From contig OZ025721.1 of the NCBI GenBank assembly GCA_964019335.1, positions 1-64,000 on the forward strand: a stretch of 64,000 nt of DNA, in the 5' to 3' direction. Positions 10,200 through 21,400 of the stretch are shown here, in pieces. Within the stretch, counting starts at the first letter, position 1. The number at the start of each line of letters is the position of its first letter. The notes below the pieces were generated by a model, which searched no databases, had not been told where the DNA came from, and saw nothing but the letters and a program-made list of their open reading frames with translations. Made by a program: the position numbers and the translations under genes. This stretch comes from Diplonema japonicum (Eukaryota > Protista > Euglenozoa: Diplonemea).

Positions 10200-11639
10200 A
10201 TGAGAGTTACTGTCTGTCTCATGATGTGCCTTGCTTTGGCAAGGGCAGATGTCCCTGTGGACTTGGTACACCAAGTACCTGACTTCCAACCCACTCCCTT
10301 CAAGGTGTACTCTGGGTTCCTCACGGTAAAGGGCCCCTTCAACCTCACTGATTATGACGAGCTCAGGATCCACTATCAACTTGACTGCTCTCAGAGGTCA
10401 ACTCAGGACCCAGTGGTTACATGGCACCAAGGTGGCCCTGGTGGCAGCTCTATGATCGGCGGGTGGACTGAGATGGGTTACTTCCAGGTGGCAGACTCCG
10501 GTCCCTTTGTGAACCCCCATGCATGGAACAAGAGGGCTAACATGCTGTACCTCGAGTCCCCCGCCGGGTCTAACGACCCTATTGGTTTCTCCACCTGCTC
10601 CAGGAGAGGCGAGATCCAGAGGACCTGCCAGTGGAACGACAGGTCGCAGGCCGAAGCCTACGCACACACTCTGACTGCCTTCTTCACCGCATTCCCCGAA
10701 TTCAAGAACAATGAACTGTATCTCACTGGTGAGTCCTACGCAGGGCAGTACATTCCCAATATAGCATACTACATCACCACTAACATGCCCACCGCCTTCA
10801 ACCTTAAGGGCATTGCCGTCGGCAACGGATGCTGGGGTGGCACCGAGAACTCTGTCGTGTGCAACGGACCTCATGCCGAGCGCAACGATGTCGACCTGTT
10901 CTTTGGGAAAGGCCTCATGTCCAAAGAACTCAAAGAACACGTCTACAAAGCATGCGGATACAACGGTGGCATCGCCGGCCCTGAGTGTCCAGGTGCCCTG
11001 CTCCAGATGGACGAAGAGGTCGGTCCCCATAACGTGTACGACATCTATGACAACTGCCCTGGCGCCGCGCAGTGGAGCAAGGCGTCTGGCAAGACCCTTG
11101 GATGGCTCCGCAGGTATCTCAGGGAGAATATGATGAACCCAAAGGCCATTCAAGAGGCGCAAGCTATGGGCGGCGGCTACAACTGGGCGTGTGGTGGCAT
11201 TGCCGACACTAAAAAATATTTCGAGAGAAAGGACGTGCAGGAGGCACTCCACCTTGACAGGCCCCTGCAGAGTGAGTTCAGCTACCAGTCCTCTGGGCCT
11301 GCATCAGTGACTCTGTACCCGCATCTTGTACAGAAAATGAGAATTCTGATCTACAACGGTGACGCTGACTCGTGTGTGCCCTACATCGGGAACGAGGAGT
11401 GGACAACTGATCTCGCAAAAACTGGTGCCATCAAGGAGCTTAAGTCATGGCACCCGTGGTTTGAGACCACATCATCTCCCGTGCCTGCCGGCTACGCCAC
11501 CACCTACAACGTCACGGGAGCCCCTGCAATGGACTTCTCTTTCGTCACAATCCGCCTTGCCGGCCACATGGTCCCTACATTCCAGCCTGGCCCTGCGTAT
11601 GCGTTCTTCGACAGGTTCCTGAGCCGTCAGCCTTTCTAG
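10200..11639 (+). CDS. Serine carboxypeptidase (peptidase S10), secreted or lysosomal
   Basis: Signal peptide, WHQGGPGGSS, GESYAGQY (catalytic Ser), NGDADSCVP (Asp), AGHMVP (His). Confidence 0.96.
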   Translation: MRVTVCLMMCLALARADVPVDLVHQVPDFQPTPFKVYSGFLTVKGPFNLTDYDELRIHYQLDCSQRSTQDPVVTWHQGGPGGSSMIGGWTEMGYFQVADSGPFVNPHAWNKRANMLYLESPAGSNDPIGFSTCSRRGEIQRTCQWNDRSQAEAYAHTLTAFFTAFPEFKNNELYLTGESYAGQYIPNIAYYITTNMPTAFNLKGIAVGNGCWGGTENSVVCNGPHAERNDVDLFFGKGLMSKELKEHVYKACGYNGGIAGPECPGALLQMDEEVGPHNVYDIYDNCPGAAQWSKASGKTLGWLRRYLRENMMNPKAIQEAQAMGGGYNWACGGIADTKKYFERKDVQEALHLDRPLQSEFSYQSSGPASVTLYPHLVQKMRILIYNGDADSCVPYIGNEEWTTDLAKTGAIKELKSWHPWFETTSSPVPAGYATTYNVTGAPAMDFSFVTIRLAGHMVPTFQPGPAYAFFDRFLSRQPF

Positions 11640-11963
11640 TCCCCCAATCCATCTTGTTAATCAAGTGATGACTCACTCTCAACCCATCACTGTCATTCCC
11701 ACCCCCCTTTTTATGCGCCTGCGGCTCTCGTGTGGAGTTTGCATGTGACATCCCATTTTATGTGTCTCTGGGTGGCTCGTTCCCCCAACTGCGCAGCATG
11801 CGCCAAGTGTGTTATGTTGTGAACAACCGGTACAAGGCCTTCAGGAACTGGTGGCCAACAGCTGTTTGTTTCGAACCGGTAGTAAGTTAGCTTTCAATTT
11901 TCTCCCTTTCCTCGTCTTGCTCTCGCGTTTACAACATATTGAATATACTACAGGTACCTGACC

Positions 11964-13334
11964 ATGAGCGCCAGTGAAGATGTTGAGGTGGTAGAGGAGA
12001 TAAGGTACGAAGACACCTTAATGCTGGTAGAGGAAGAGGAAGATAAGAACAAAGACGAGAAATTGCCTGCGGTGGAGTTGTTCGCGCTGGGTGTTGCGTT
12101 GGTGAGCAATTCACTGAGCATTTCATCACTGTTTCCTTTTCTGAAGTTCATGGTGCGCGACATGGGTGTGAGCGAGCAGGATGCAGGTAATTACGTGGGG
12201 CTCGTGGCATCAGCTTTCATGCTTGGCAGAGCATGCACCTCCGTGTTCTGGGGCATGTTTGCTGACAAATTCGGAAGGAAGCCCCCTATTCTCATCTCAT
12301 TGGCGAGTCTCGCTTTACTGTCGCCTTTGTTCGGGCTCTCAAACTCCGTGGCCATGGCAGTGTGCCTGAGGTTTGTGTCGGGCTCGCTCAACTCGCTCAT
12401 CGGTGTGGGCAAGGTGGTAGCCAACGAGATCGCCTCCAGCCATCCAACACACCAGGCACGTGCAATGTCTGTAGTTTCTATCTCATGGAGCACAGGCACC
12501 ATCTTGGGTCCCGGTGTCGGGGGGCTCCTCACTGACCTCTACCCGGCCTACCCCTACTTGCCACCCATGCTCTTCATCTCAGGGATGTGCATAATCAGTC
12601 TTGTCCTGACCACTGTCTACCTTCCAGAGACACTCGTTAAGCGTGAGGGCACTAAGAAAATGCAGTCACCACTAAAATTAATAAAAAATAAGTCTGTTAT
12701 GCACCCTATTGTGGTGTATTGCTTGTGGTCTATGCAGGCTCTGGGATCACAGGAGTTGTTTAACCTCTGGGGTGGGACTGATCGGGGGTTAGGAGGGCTA
12801 GGGTTGACACCTGCAAAGCTGGGGTTGGTACAAAGTGTGTCGGGGCTGATGGTGTTGCTCGGAGCTACTTGCGCTATGGCACCACTGATTGTGTACTGGG
12901 GCCCAAAGAAGCTGTCCATTCTTGGACTGTGGGTGGTAATACCAGCTCTAGCCACAATGCCACTGTTGCGTTTTGTGGAGGGAGAGACCAACACGATGGT
13001 TGCATGCTGCGTAATATTCCCTTTCTTCCAGTTAGGCACCAACTTTGTCTTCACCACTCAGTTCATGTTCATTAATAACGCTAATCCACCAGAGACACGT
13101 GCCCTGGCACAAGGCCTCTCAATGTCTCTTGCTTCGATTGCTAAGAGCATGGGCCCTATCCTGTCGGGCACCATCTTCGCCTGGTCTGTGTCCTCACCAA
13201 AGGCCTACCCTTTTAACTTCTGCCTCGCGTGGTACTTCCAGGCTGCCTACGGCCTCGTCGCGTTGTTCTTCACCTACAGACTACCCAACACCATCGACTC
13301 TGCATACCAAAGTGCTCCTGACAACGAAACCTGA
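11964..13334 (+). CDS. Major facilitator superfamily transporter (ZIFL/TCR-like)
   Basis: About 12 hydrophobic segments and motif A WGMFADKFGRKP. Confidence 0.93.
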   Translation: MSASEDVEVVEEIRYEDTLMLVEEEEDKNKDEKLPAVELFALGVALVSNSLSISSLFPFLKFMVRDMGVSEQDAGNYVGLVASAFMLGRACTSVFWGMFADKFGRKPPILISLASLALLSPLFGLSNSVAMAVCLRFVSGSLNSLIGVGKVVANEIASSHPTHQARAMSVVSISWSTGTILGPGVGGLLTDLYPAYPYLPPMLFISGMCIISLVLTTVYLPETLVKREGTKKMQSPLKLIKNKSVMHPIVVYCLWSMQALGSQELFNLWGGTDRGLGGLGLTPAKLGLVQSVSGLMVLLGATCAMAPLIVYWGPKKLSILGLWVVIPALATMPLLRFVEGETNTMVACCVIFPFFQLGTNFVFTTQFMFINNANPPETRALAQGLSMSLASIAKSMGPILSGTIFAWSVSSPKAYPFNFCLAWYFQAAYGLVALFFTYRLPNTIDSAYQSAPDNET

Positions 13335-13533
13335 TAGTTCTTTTTTTTCCTCGCCTCCGACTTTTTCCCCGAGAATAGCTCTGAGAAAAAACTACATAAT
13401 TAATTCACCGATCGGCACACTTGTCTGTGGCAGCGCCCCTCGCGGCTGCTGCTTGCCACCTGAAGAGTGCTCCCGAAACGTATACCTGCAAACAGTTCGG
13501 TGGACGGAACCTCCCAAAGAAAAAAAAGAAATA

Positions 13534-14382
13534 CTGTAAAACAAAAAATTCCGGAGAGAAAAATGCCGGAGTGAAAAAACTCCCGGAAAAAAAAAATCCC
13601 GGAAATCTTTCTCCAGCCGGCATTTTCAGCTTGTGGAAGGGGTGACCACATTTCATTTTTTTCTGATGCCCTTCACTTACCACCACAGGATTCCTTAACT
13701 TTCTTTTCAAACCACTCATACTCTTCCTCGTTCTTCAATGTCCTCCAACTCGAAGCAAGTTACCTTGAGCAAGTGGCACTGTCGACACCCCCGGTTGCCC
13801 GCCCACCTCCCTTTCTGGGACAAAGCTGCCTCCGCAGCTGATATACCAAGGAAAGACTGAGCTCCCCCATCTGGACAACAGTACTCACGTGCTGTCCCAA
13901 GGGTGGCACACCCCCTGCAGACTGGAGCCTTACGGCTTCCCCCTGGGCAAACATGGATACTCCCGAAATCTGGGTACGGTATTCCCCTTTCTGTGACAAC
14001 ATAATTGATGCCCGGGGTCTTGAGCTTGATGAACCCATCCTGCTGATCGTTGATGACTTTAACTGCCATACAACGAACTCCTTCTTGAAGCTGTTCGAGG
14101 ACACGAATGTCCACTTAGCTTTTGTGCCTCCCGGTTTGACGTATACGTACATCGTTTTTTTTGCCGCCATTCATTTTTTTGAGCACTTCTTCTGTATAGT
14201 ACTTCATCCAGGGTCGCATCAAGACAACTAACCGTAGGAAGATAGTCTCCCCATAAACCCCTCAGCTGAAGAAATGTCGGTGGAGAAAAATGCCGGAAGC
14301 GAAAAATGCCGGAGTGACGAACTCCCGGAATAAAAAAAACTCGGAAATTTTTTCTCCTTTTCCGGATTTTTTCGTTTTACAG
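13534..14382. mobile_element. pogo/Tigger-like (Tc1/mariner superfamily) deletion derivative, 849 bp
   Basis: TA flanks (13532-33 and 14383-84), TIRs CTGTAAAAC(A/G)AAAAA(T/A)TCCGGA, subterminal CCGGA repeats, and an internal DDE_1 remnant PILLIVDDFNCHTT...NVHLAFVPPGLT. Confidence 0.88.
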
Positions 14383-14545
14383 TAATTAGGATCAATCATG
14401 TTGTATTGTTTTTGCAGTCGACATGAAAATGAGAAAGGAACGAAAGGAAAAGCAAAAAAAAAAAGAGTCCTCAGTATCTCGGACTCCTAAGCTATTTAGC
14501 AACTCCCATTCTCCCCCACAATATTTACTTATAACAGGTGGTATT

Positions 14546-15904
14546 ATGCACTCGAAGTTTCCACCGCCTAGTGTAAGCTTGCTTCGCGCAGACATGGCGG
14601 CCATCAGGGCGATGGGTGGCAAGAGACAGAGCATAGGAAACCACAGTTCATTACTCACAGCAAACACTTTTTCAAGGTCACGGTCGGCACCTTCGAAGGG
14701 CCTCACAACGGGCGGAAATGCTAGTGCTAGCAGTGCCAGTGCCAGTACCAGCACCAGTACTACCAGCGCAGGCAGCATGAGCACCAACAGCATTACAGCG
14801 AAGACAACGAGGCTGAAGTCCGTTCCGCTGAACAGCAACATCTACCGTTCGAAATCGATGGGCTACGTGTCCAACGTGCAGAGGCCAAGGACAACCACAC
14901 CAAGTGGGCAGAGGAGAGCTGAGAGTCCTAGGTTCACACCAACAAAAGCCGAGATTGGAAAAATAAGGAATGAGCTAGCTGGGGATAAGCAGACCTTCAA
15001 CAATCAGTACCCTGTCGCACCTTCTCCTATGAAACTTGCAGTGACACCCTCTCCTGTGAAGCAAGCCAGATACTCCACAGGAGGGCAGAGCAGCAGCGCT
15101 ATGTCGATGGCATCCCCGCAGAGCAACAGTGTGTTGGAGTGCTTGGAGGCAGAGATCGCAAACCTGAGAGCAGAGCTCGAAGCCGAAAAGAACCACTCTG
15201 AAGCACTCTCGAAACAATCACGAGAGCTAGCTCTCACAGTAGACAGGGACCAGAAGACATTCAAGATAGAGAAGTCAAAGATGCAAGCACAAATCAAAAA
15301 GCTTGAAGCGACGGCAGCGCAGGCAGTAGCAGACCGCGAAGAGCTCAGGAAGAGGACAGCTTCTGAGGTGTCAAAGCTAAAGAAGGACCTGGACAGGACG
15401 GAGAAGGCAAACATGGTGCTGAAGGAAAGGTTGGAGGTGTTGGAGACCATACCACCTCCACCTCCGCCAACGCAGCCGCCAAAGACAGCAATGAAAGTGA
15501 GATGGAACCCTCAGATAGACTACAGAGAAGGAAGCCCTATGTCACCGATGGGCAAAGCAGAGGAGCAAGAAGAAGAAGAAGAAGAAGAAGAAGAAGAAGA
15601 AATGGAAGAGGAAGTAGAAGAAGACGAAGAGGATGTAGAAGAAGACACTGCCGTAGACCCCGATTTGGAGAAAGACCTGCTGGACATGTACAGAGAGTAC
15701 GATGTGAAGGGGACAGGTGTACTGACAAAGCTGCAGGTGAGCGCTGCTTACCAAGCAATGGAACGCACTTTTGGCCTCTCAGAGATCCCCCTCACCTTCC
15801 CTGACAGCACGGACACCGTCGATTTTCAGGAGTTCGTAAACATCATGTCTGCACTCCCCACAAGGCTTGCTACAGAGACTGCTATTTGTGATGAAGGGAA
15901 ATGA
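14546..15904 (+). CDS. Coiled-coil protein with an acidic tract and C-terminal EF-hand-like pair
   Basis: Long ORF with a heptad-rich middle and the motifs YDVKGTGVLTKLQV and DTVDFQEFVNIM. Start placed at MHSKF, just after a CAG acceptor. Confidence 0.8.
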   Translation: MHSKFPPPSVSLLRADMAAIRAMGGKRQSIGNHSSLLTANTFSRSRSAPSKGLTTGGNASASSASASTSTSTTSAGSMSTNSITAKTTRLKSVPLNSNIYRSKSMGYVSNVQRPRTTTPSGQRRAESPRFTPTKAEIGKIRNELAGDKQTFNNQYPVAPSPMKLAVTPSPVKQARYSTGGQSSSAMSMASPQSNSVLECLEAEIANLRAELEAEKNHSEALSKQSRELALTVDRDQKTFKIEKSKMQAQIKKLEATAAQAVADREELRKRTASEVSKLKKDLDRTEKANMVLKERLEVLETIPPPPPPTQPPKTAMKVRWNPQIDYREGSPMSPMGKAEEQEEEEEEEEEEEMEEEVEEDEEDVEEDTAVDPDLEKDLLDMYREYDVKGTGVLTKLQVSAAYQAMERTFGLSEIPLTFPDSTDTVDFQEFVNIMSALPTRLATETAICDEGK

Positions 15905-15996
15905 CCCTAGACTCATTTTAGATCTTGTTTTATAATTCTTAGATATTTAGACTTCAACCTGCTTCATAAATATGCGTCATAAATGCTACAGGCAAG

Positions 15997-16921
15997 ATGG
16001 TTGATCAGCCGAAGCTCTCGGAGCTGAGTAAGGAACAAAAGGAAGCGTATGTTGAACTGAAGAAGATCGTGGACGGATGGAGCCACTTGAGTGAAGGGCA
16101 GAAACAATGGCTTGACGAGCCGTGTCTGCTGAGGTACCTGAGAGCGAGGAAGTTTAAACCGAAGAAGGCCAAAGACATGATAGTGGGAACGCTGAACTGG
16201 AGAGTGGAGCACAAGCCTCACATGATACCGCACACTGCGATCTATGACCAGGCAAAACACCTGTCCAACTACGTGCATGGGGTGGACTCACACGGCCACC
16301 CTGTGTGCTACATGCGTTTCGAGAGGGACCCGCCGGGCTTCAGCTCGGAGGAGAAGTTGATGTATATCAAGTTCAATCTTGAAGAGTCCCTCCGCATTAT
16401 GAAGAAGAACGAGGAGAAATACCCTGGGGTGGAGAAGCTCATCTACATCATCGATCTGCAAGGGTATGCAAAAGGGAAGGGATGGAGCCGCATGTCATCC
16501 CACACCACAGGTTCAGTATGACAGCACCGGGGGCCGACACAGGCATCGCTAGCAAATGGGGTGACATGTTACAAAACCACTACCCCGAAAGGCTGTACAA
16601 GGCCTACCTGGTGAACTACCCTGCGGTATGAAATGAGGAAAGGCTAACTTCTGCACAACTAAACACTAGATCTTCAGCTTCTTCTGGCGTATTGTGTCGG
16701 CCTTCATGGACAAGGTGACAGTAGCTAAAGTGCACTGGTGCAATAAGTCACCGGGTGAGAAGATGAGGCAATACTTCGTTGATCAAGGTTTCGACCCTGA
16801 TCTGCTGGAGAAGCCTTTCGGGGGGAACATGAAGACCCTGCACAGACCCAACCTCGTTGGGAGGGACGACTTCCATGACCACCCTACTATGGAACTAACG
16901 GAAGATTCCAGCCACTCGTGA
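15997..16921 (+). CDS. CRAL-TRIO/Sec14-like lipid-binding protein (introns 16464-16510, 16626-16669)
   Basis: CLLRYLRARKF and GVDSHGHPVCY motifs. Splicing restores IIDLQGFSM...LQNHYPERLYKAYLVNYPAIFSFFWRIVSAFMD. Confidence 0.93.
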
Positions 16922-17131
16922 AAAACGGCTGTACTGCATGCCGCATTGCTTTTCTTCCCATCCTGCGTTCTCTTATAGATCGCGAACCTTACGCTGGTTT
17001 GCATAAAAAACGGCACATTTCTGTATCATTGTACATAGTCCGTCCTCTTATGCTCACGCCCCTCTTTTTTTCTTTCTGTTGCCCCCCTCCTATCCCATCC
17101 TTTTGATTTGACTTGATTTGATTTTGAGGCA

Positions 17132-17341
17132 TTGTAAAAACGTAAAATGTTTAAACGTAGATTAGGCCTTTAGGCGGACCATTGTGTGAACTACCAAGAA
17201 GATGGAGAAGTTAACGCTGGGTGACGGCGAAGTTGTGTGAGGATGGGATACACAAGTACAACACGGGGACCTGCTCATGCTCGCCGTGGAAGGCCTGCGA
17301 ACAGATTCTACTTCTGGCCGTTTTCATTTTTCGGTTTACAG
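17132..17341. mobile_element. Possible ~210-bp MITE related to the pogo-like element
   Basis: The right end TTTTTCGGTTTACAG|TA resembles the 14382 TIR. The left end TTGTAAAAACGTAAAATG is a degenerate match. Confidence 0.45.
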
Positions 17342-18499
17342 TATTTAAAGATGGGTGGGTGTCCTTCCCCCTTTTTTTCCAACCTATCCTCATTTTCTTT
17401 ATCACCCCTCGTGTTTTCTCCTCGTGCTTTCCCTTGTGATTAGGTAACGTGTGCACCCTTTCTTTCGGAAAGGTTAGAATCAAGATAAAAGAAGAGAAGC
17501 AAAGGAAGAATAATAATAGAAGGAAGGGATAAGGATGATGAGAAATGTAGTAACTTTCTCCGTCTTTCTTCTCACCTTCTCCAACTACTCCGATTCTGGA
17601 AAGGGGGCGGTACCCTTACTTTATTTTCCCCATTCTTCCCCGCCCTACCCTCCCCTCCCCCAAGATAACGAAAGCTAACCAAGAGAAGGACGGCTTTCGT
17701 GTTTTCAACTAAACTCCGCAAAGGCGCGAAAGAACCCATTTACAGGTCAGATCTCGTCACCCCATGAAGGGATTGACAAAAAAAAAAAAAAATGGATGAA
17801 AGTGAAGAAAAAAGAAAGCATAGTACCTCTTCATATCTCTAATGTGTTCGAGGGCCCTCTTGTAAGAATGCCTAGCGTATTTATGTACTGAAGTAGTGGT
17901 GGATGGACTGGCTTTCCCCCTCTCTTTTTTTTATTTCATATTTTTTGAACCTTAGGACCCTTGGGCTTTAGCCGTGAATACCGTAGAGGTATGAGGCGTT
18001 ATTCTTCTGCATTCATCTTCCTTTTTCGCACTATGTTGAGCATGAAAGAAAAAAAAATAGGGGAAAAGGCCTCTCTACCCGTCCCTCTATTCCCCCTTTT
18101 TCCTTACGCTATTTGTGAGAATTTGGGGTTTTATCTTTGCACCCCTGCCAGTACCTTTAGTTCCTCAATGCAAATGTGAGAACGCAAAAACCTGACTTTA
18201 GAAAAAGAGAAGAAAAAAAAAACAAAAAAAAAAAAAAAAAAAAACACGCACCTTTTTGTTTTTTCTCTCTTCTTTCACCGGCAACTCTCTGAATGGCCAT
18301 ACTAACCGCCATGCTGAGATGAAAGACAGAAAAAAAAGGAGGGAAGTAAAAAAAAAAAAAAAAAAAAAACGCCCCCCCCTCCCCGAGTGATTGCTTTTGT
18401 CCTCAAAAAAGCTCCTTGCTTGTTGCAATATGTATCTCACACAGGTTCCAACTAGATAACAACATCGACTTAGATACTCTCTGAGAGCAGACAGCCAAG

Positions 18500-21400
18500 A
18501 TGGGCGGGATTATGAAAGATGAGGAGAAGCTGAACAGGGCTCTTTGCAAGCCCGGTTCGAAGGTCTTCTACTGGGAACCCCAGCACGCATGGGCTGTGGG
18601 TATCGTGGAGGCTGACGATGGGAAGCATTTCAACGTGAAGGGTCACGACTACTCGTGCACTAAGGTTGATGCCCTGTCGAGCCAGAAGATCCAAGAGGAC
18701 AAGATCTGGCCCGTGCGTGACGATGTGCTCGACGAAGATGTCGACGATCTCCTGCAGCTGACTGTGCTGCACGACTCGACCATCCAGAGGTGTCTCTTCA
18801 TCAGGTACATGAAGGACACGGTCTACACCAACATCGGTGCCATCGTGGTCGCCCTGAACCCTTGGAACTTCAAGATCCCCAAGTACATGGATGCCAAGAT
18901 GCCTGACTACCTCGCCGAAGGTGAGGTTATCAGGAGCAACGTGCCCCACTCGTGGTCCCAGGCACACAACACGTACAACGAGCTAAAACGTGATATGGCC
19001 GACCAGTGCATTCTGATCTCCGGTGAGTCCGGTGCCGGGAAAACTGAGGCCGCCAAGATCGTTATGAAGTACCTTGGTGCCAAGTCGTGCCAGGCGGGCT
19101 CCGAAACGGAGAAGGACGCCGCGCGCAAGATCGCTTTCAACATCAACCAGGCGTCGCCTATCCTCGAGGGTTTTGGTAACGCCAAGACCGTCAGGAACGA
19201 CAACTCGTCCCGTTTCGGGAAGTTCATGAAGGTTCAGTTCGACGGTGCGGGTTTCCTTGTCGGTGCCTTCACCACGAAGTACCTGCTGGAGAAATCCCGT
19301 ATCGTGACTGCCTCCGAGAAGGAGCGTGTGTACCACGCCTTCTACCTCGTGACGAAGGGTAAGGACGCCAACAAGTACGGTCTCTCGGCTGCCAACTCGT
19401 ACAAATCGTGCAATGCTGGTAAGTGCATTGACATCCCGGGGGTATGTTGAAAAAAAAAACAGAAACCACAACAACGCAACAGGTGAACGACGGTGAAGAC
19501 TATGACATCTGTCTGACTGCCATGAAGGACTGCGGCTTCAATGATGAACAAATTGATGGGGTGTGGAGACTGGTGGCTGGATGCTTGCACCTTGTAAACT
19601 TGGACTTCAAAGAGATTGACAAGGACACTTGCGAACTGAACGACGGCGGTGGTTTGATCCCGAAGACCGCTGACCAGTGGAAGGTGGAATCTGGTGTCTT
19701 ATCCGCGGAGCTTATCACGACAACTATGCAGACCAGAGACGGGCCTGTGACCAAGAAGCTGAACAAAACGAAGGCCTTTGACGTGAGGGACTCCCTCATC
19801 AAGGCGAACTACGACGCGCTCTTTGGTTGGGAGGTGGATGCCATCAACGCCACCACCGACAGCGGCACGGGGCAGAACTTCATCGGTCTTCTTGACATTT
19901 TCGGTTTCGAGGACTTCGAGTACAATTCCTTCGAGCAGCTGTGCATCAACTTGGCGAACGAAACCCTGCAGAACCACTACAACAACTACATCTTCACGAA
20001 GGACATGGACGAGTGTAGGGCTGAGGGTGTCGACGTGACTGAGGTGAAGTGCCCCGACAACAAGCCGTGCTTGAACCTCATGACTGACAAGACAGGTATC
20101 TTCGGTCTGTTAGACGACGAGTGCGCCATGGGTTCTGGTACAGACGAAAACTTCTTGAACACTGTGATGACGAACTTCAAGGGCAACCACCCCTTCTTTG
20201 ACGTCAAGAAACTTGCCACAAACTCCTTCATCGTCAACCACTACGCCGCCTCCGTCAACTACACCGTGGAGGGCTGGCTGGACAAGAACAGGGACAACTT
20301 GAAGCCTGCCATGAAGAATCTTATGCGAGCTTCCGGACATGAACTCATCGCTGGTCTCCTCCCCGAGCCAATCGAGGGCGGTCGTCCCATCACCGTCGGT
20401 GGTTTCTTCAAGCAGCAGCTGGTTGACATGATGGACCTCATCAACAGCACGAACCCTCACTGGATTAGGTGCGTGAAGCCCCACCCTGCAAAGAAGCCAC
20501 TCATGGTCAATGGTATCACCTGCATGCAACAGCTCGAGTCTTCAGGTGTACTGGGTACCGTGAAGATCAGGAAGGTATGCCACAATGCGTAACACACCAC
20601 ACCATTCACAGGCCGGTTTCCCCGTGAGGCCTACCTTCAAGAACTTCACCCAGCGTTTCAAGATCATCATGGGTGCCTGCCCCGACCTCGACGATATCCC
20701 TGCCCTGAAGGAGTGGGCCAGGAAGGTATGCTGCAGTCGGACATCGTACAGGCAACACACAGCTATGCGACAAAGTTGGCATCGAGCAGAAGAAGGCTCA
20801 GTGCGGTAGCACGAAGATGTTCTTGAAAACTGAGTCCAACCAGGCTCTTGAGGCTGCCCGTGATGAGGCACAGAAAGTGCACAGGCTGAACGCGCAGAAC
20901 ATTGCTAAGAAGAAGATCAAGGATCTTGCAAAGAGGCACAAAGCGAGGATGGAGAAGATTAAGAAGATCCAGGCCCTCTTCAAGGAGGAGATGAACGGCC
21001 TCAGGAAGAGGCGTGCTGATGCGCAGAACACCTACAACTCCAGCGGTAAGCTGCCTCCGCCTCCCAAACCTGCTCCTGGCATGAAGGTGGAAGAAGAGCC
21101 CGTGGAAGAAGAGCCCGAGCCTGAGCCCGAGCCCGAACCCGAGCCAGAGCCAGAGCCCGAGCCTTCCCCCGAGGAAGAGATCCCCGAGATCAACCCTCTT
21201 GAGGGGCAGTTCTCGTCTGACCGCGCGTGCACCGTGTGCGATTCGAACTGTATGTTATTGAGGGGTTTAAATATACAATACAGACACTGGCGACGAGCCG
21301 AAGATGGCGATCTACATCTGTACTGAATGTGATGAAAAGCTCTGTGAGAACTGCTGGGATGTGGAGCACAAGAACAAGAAGAGACAGCATCATGCAAAAC

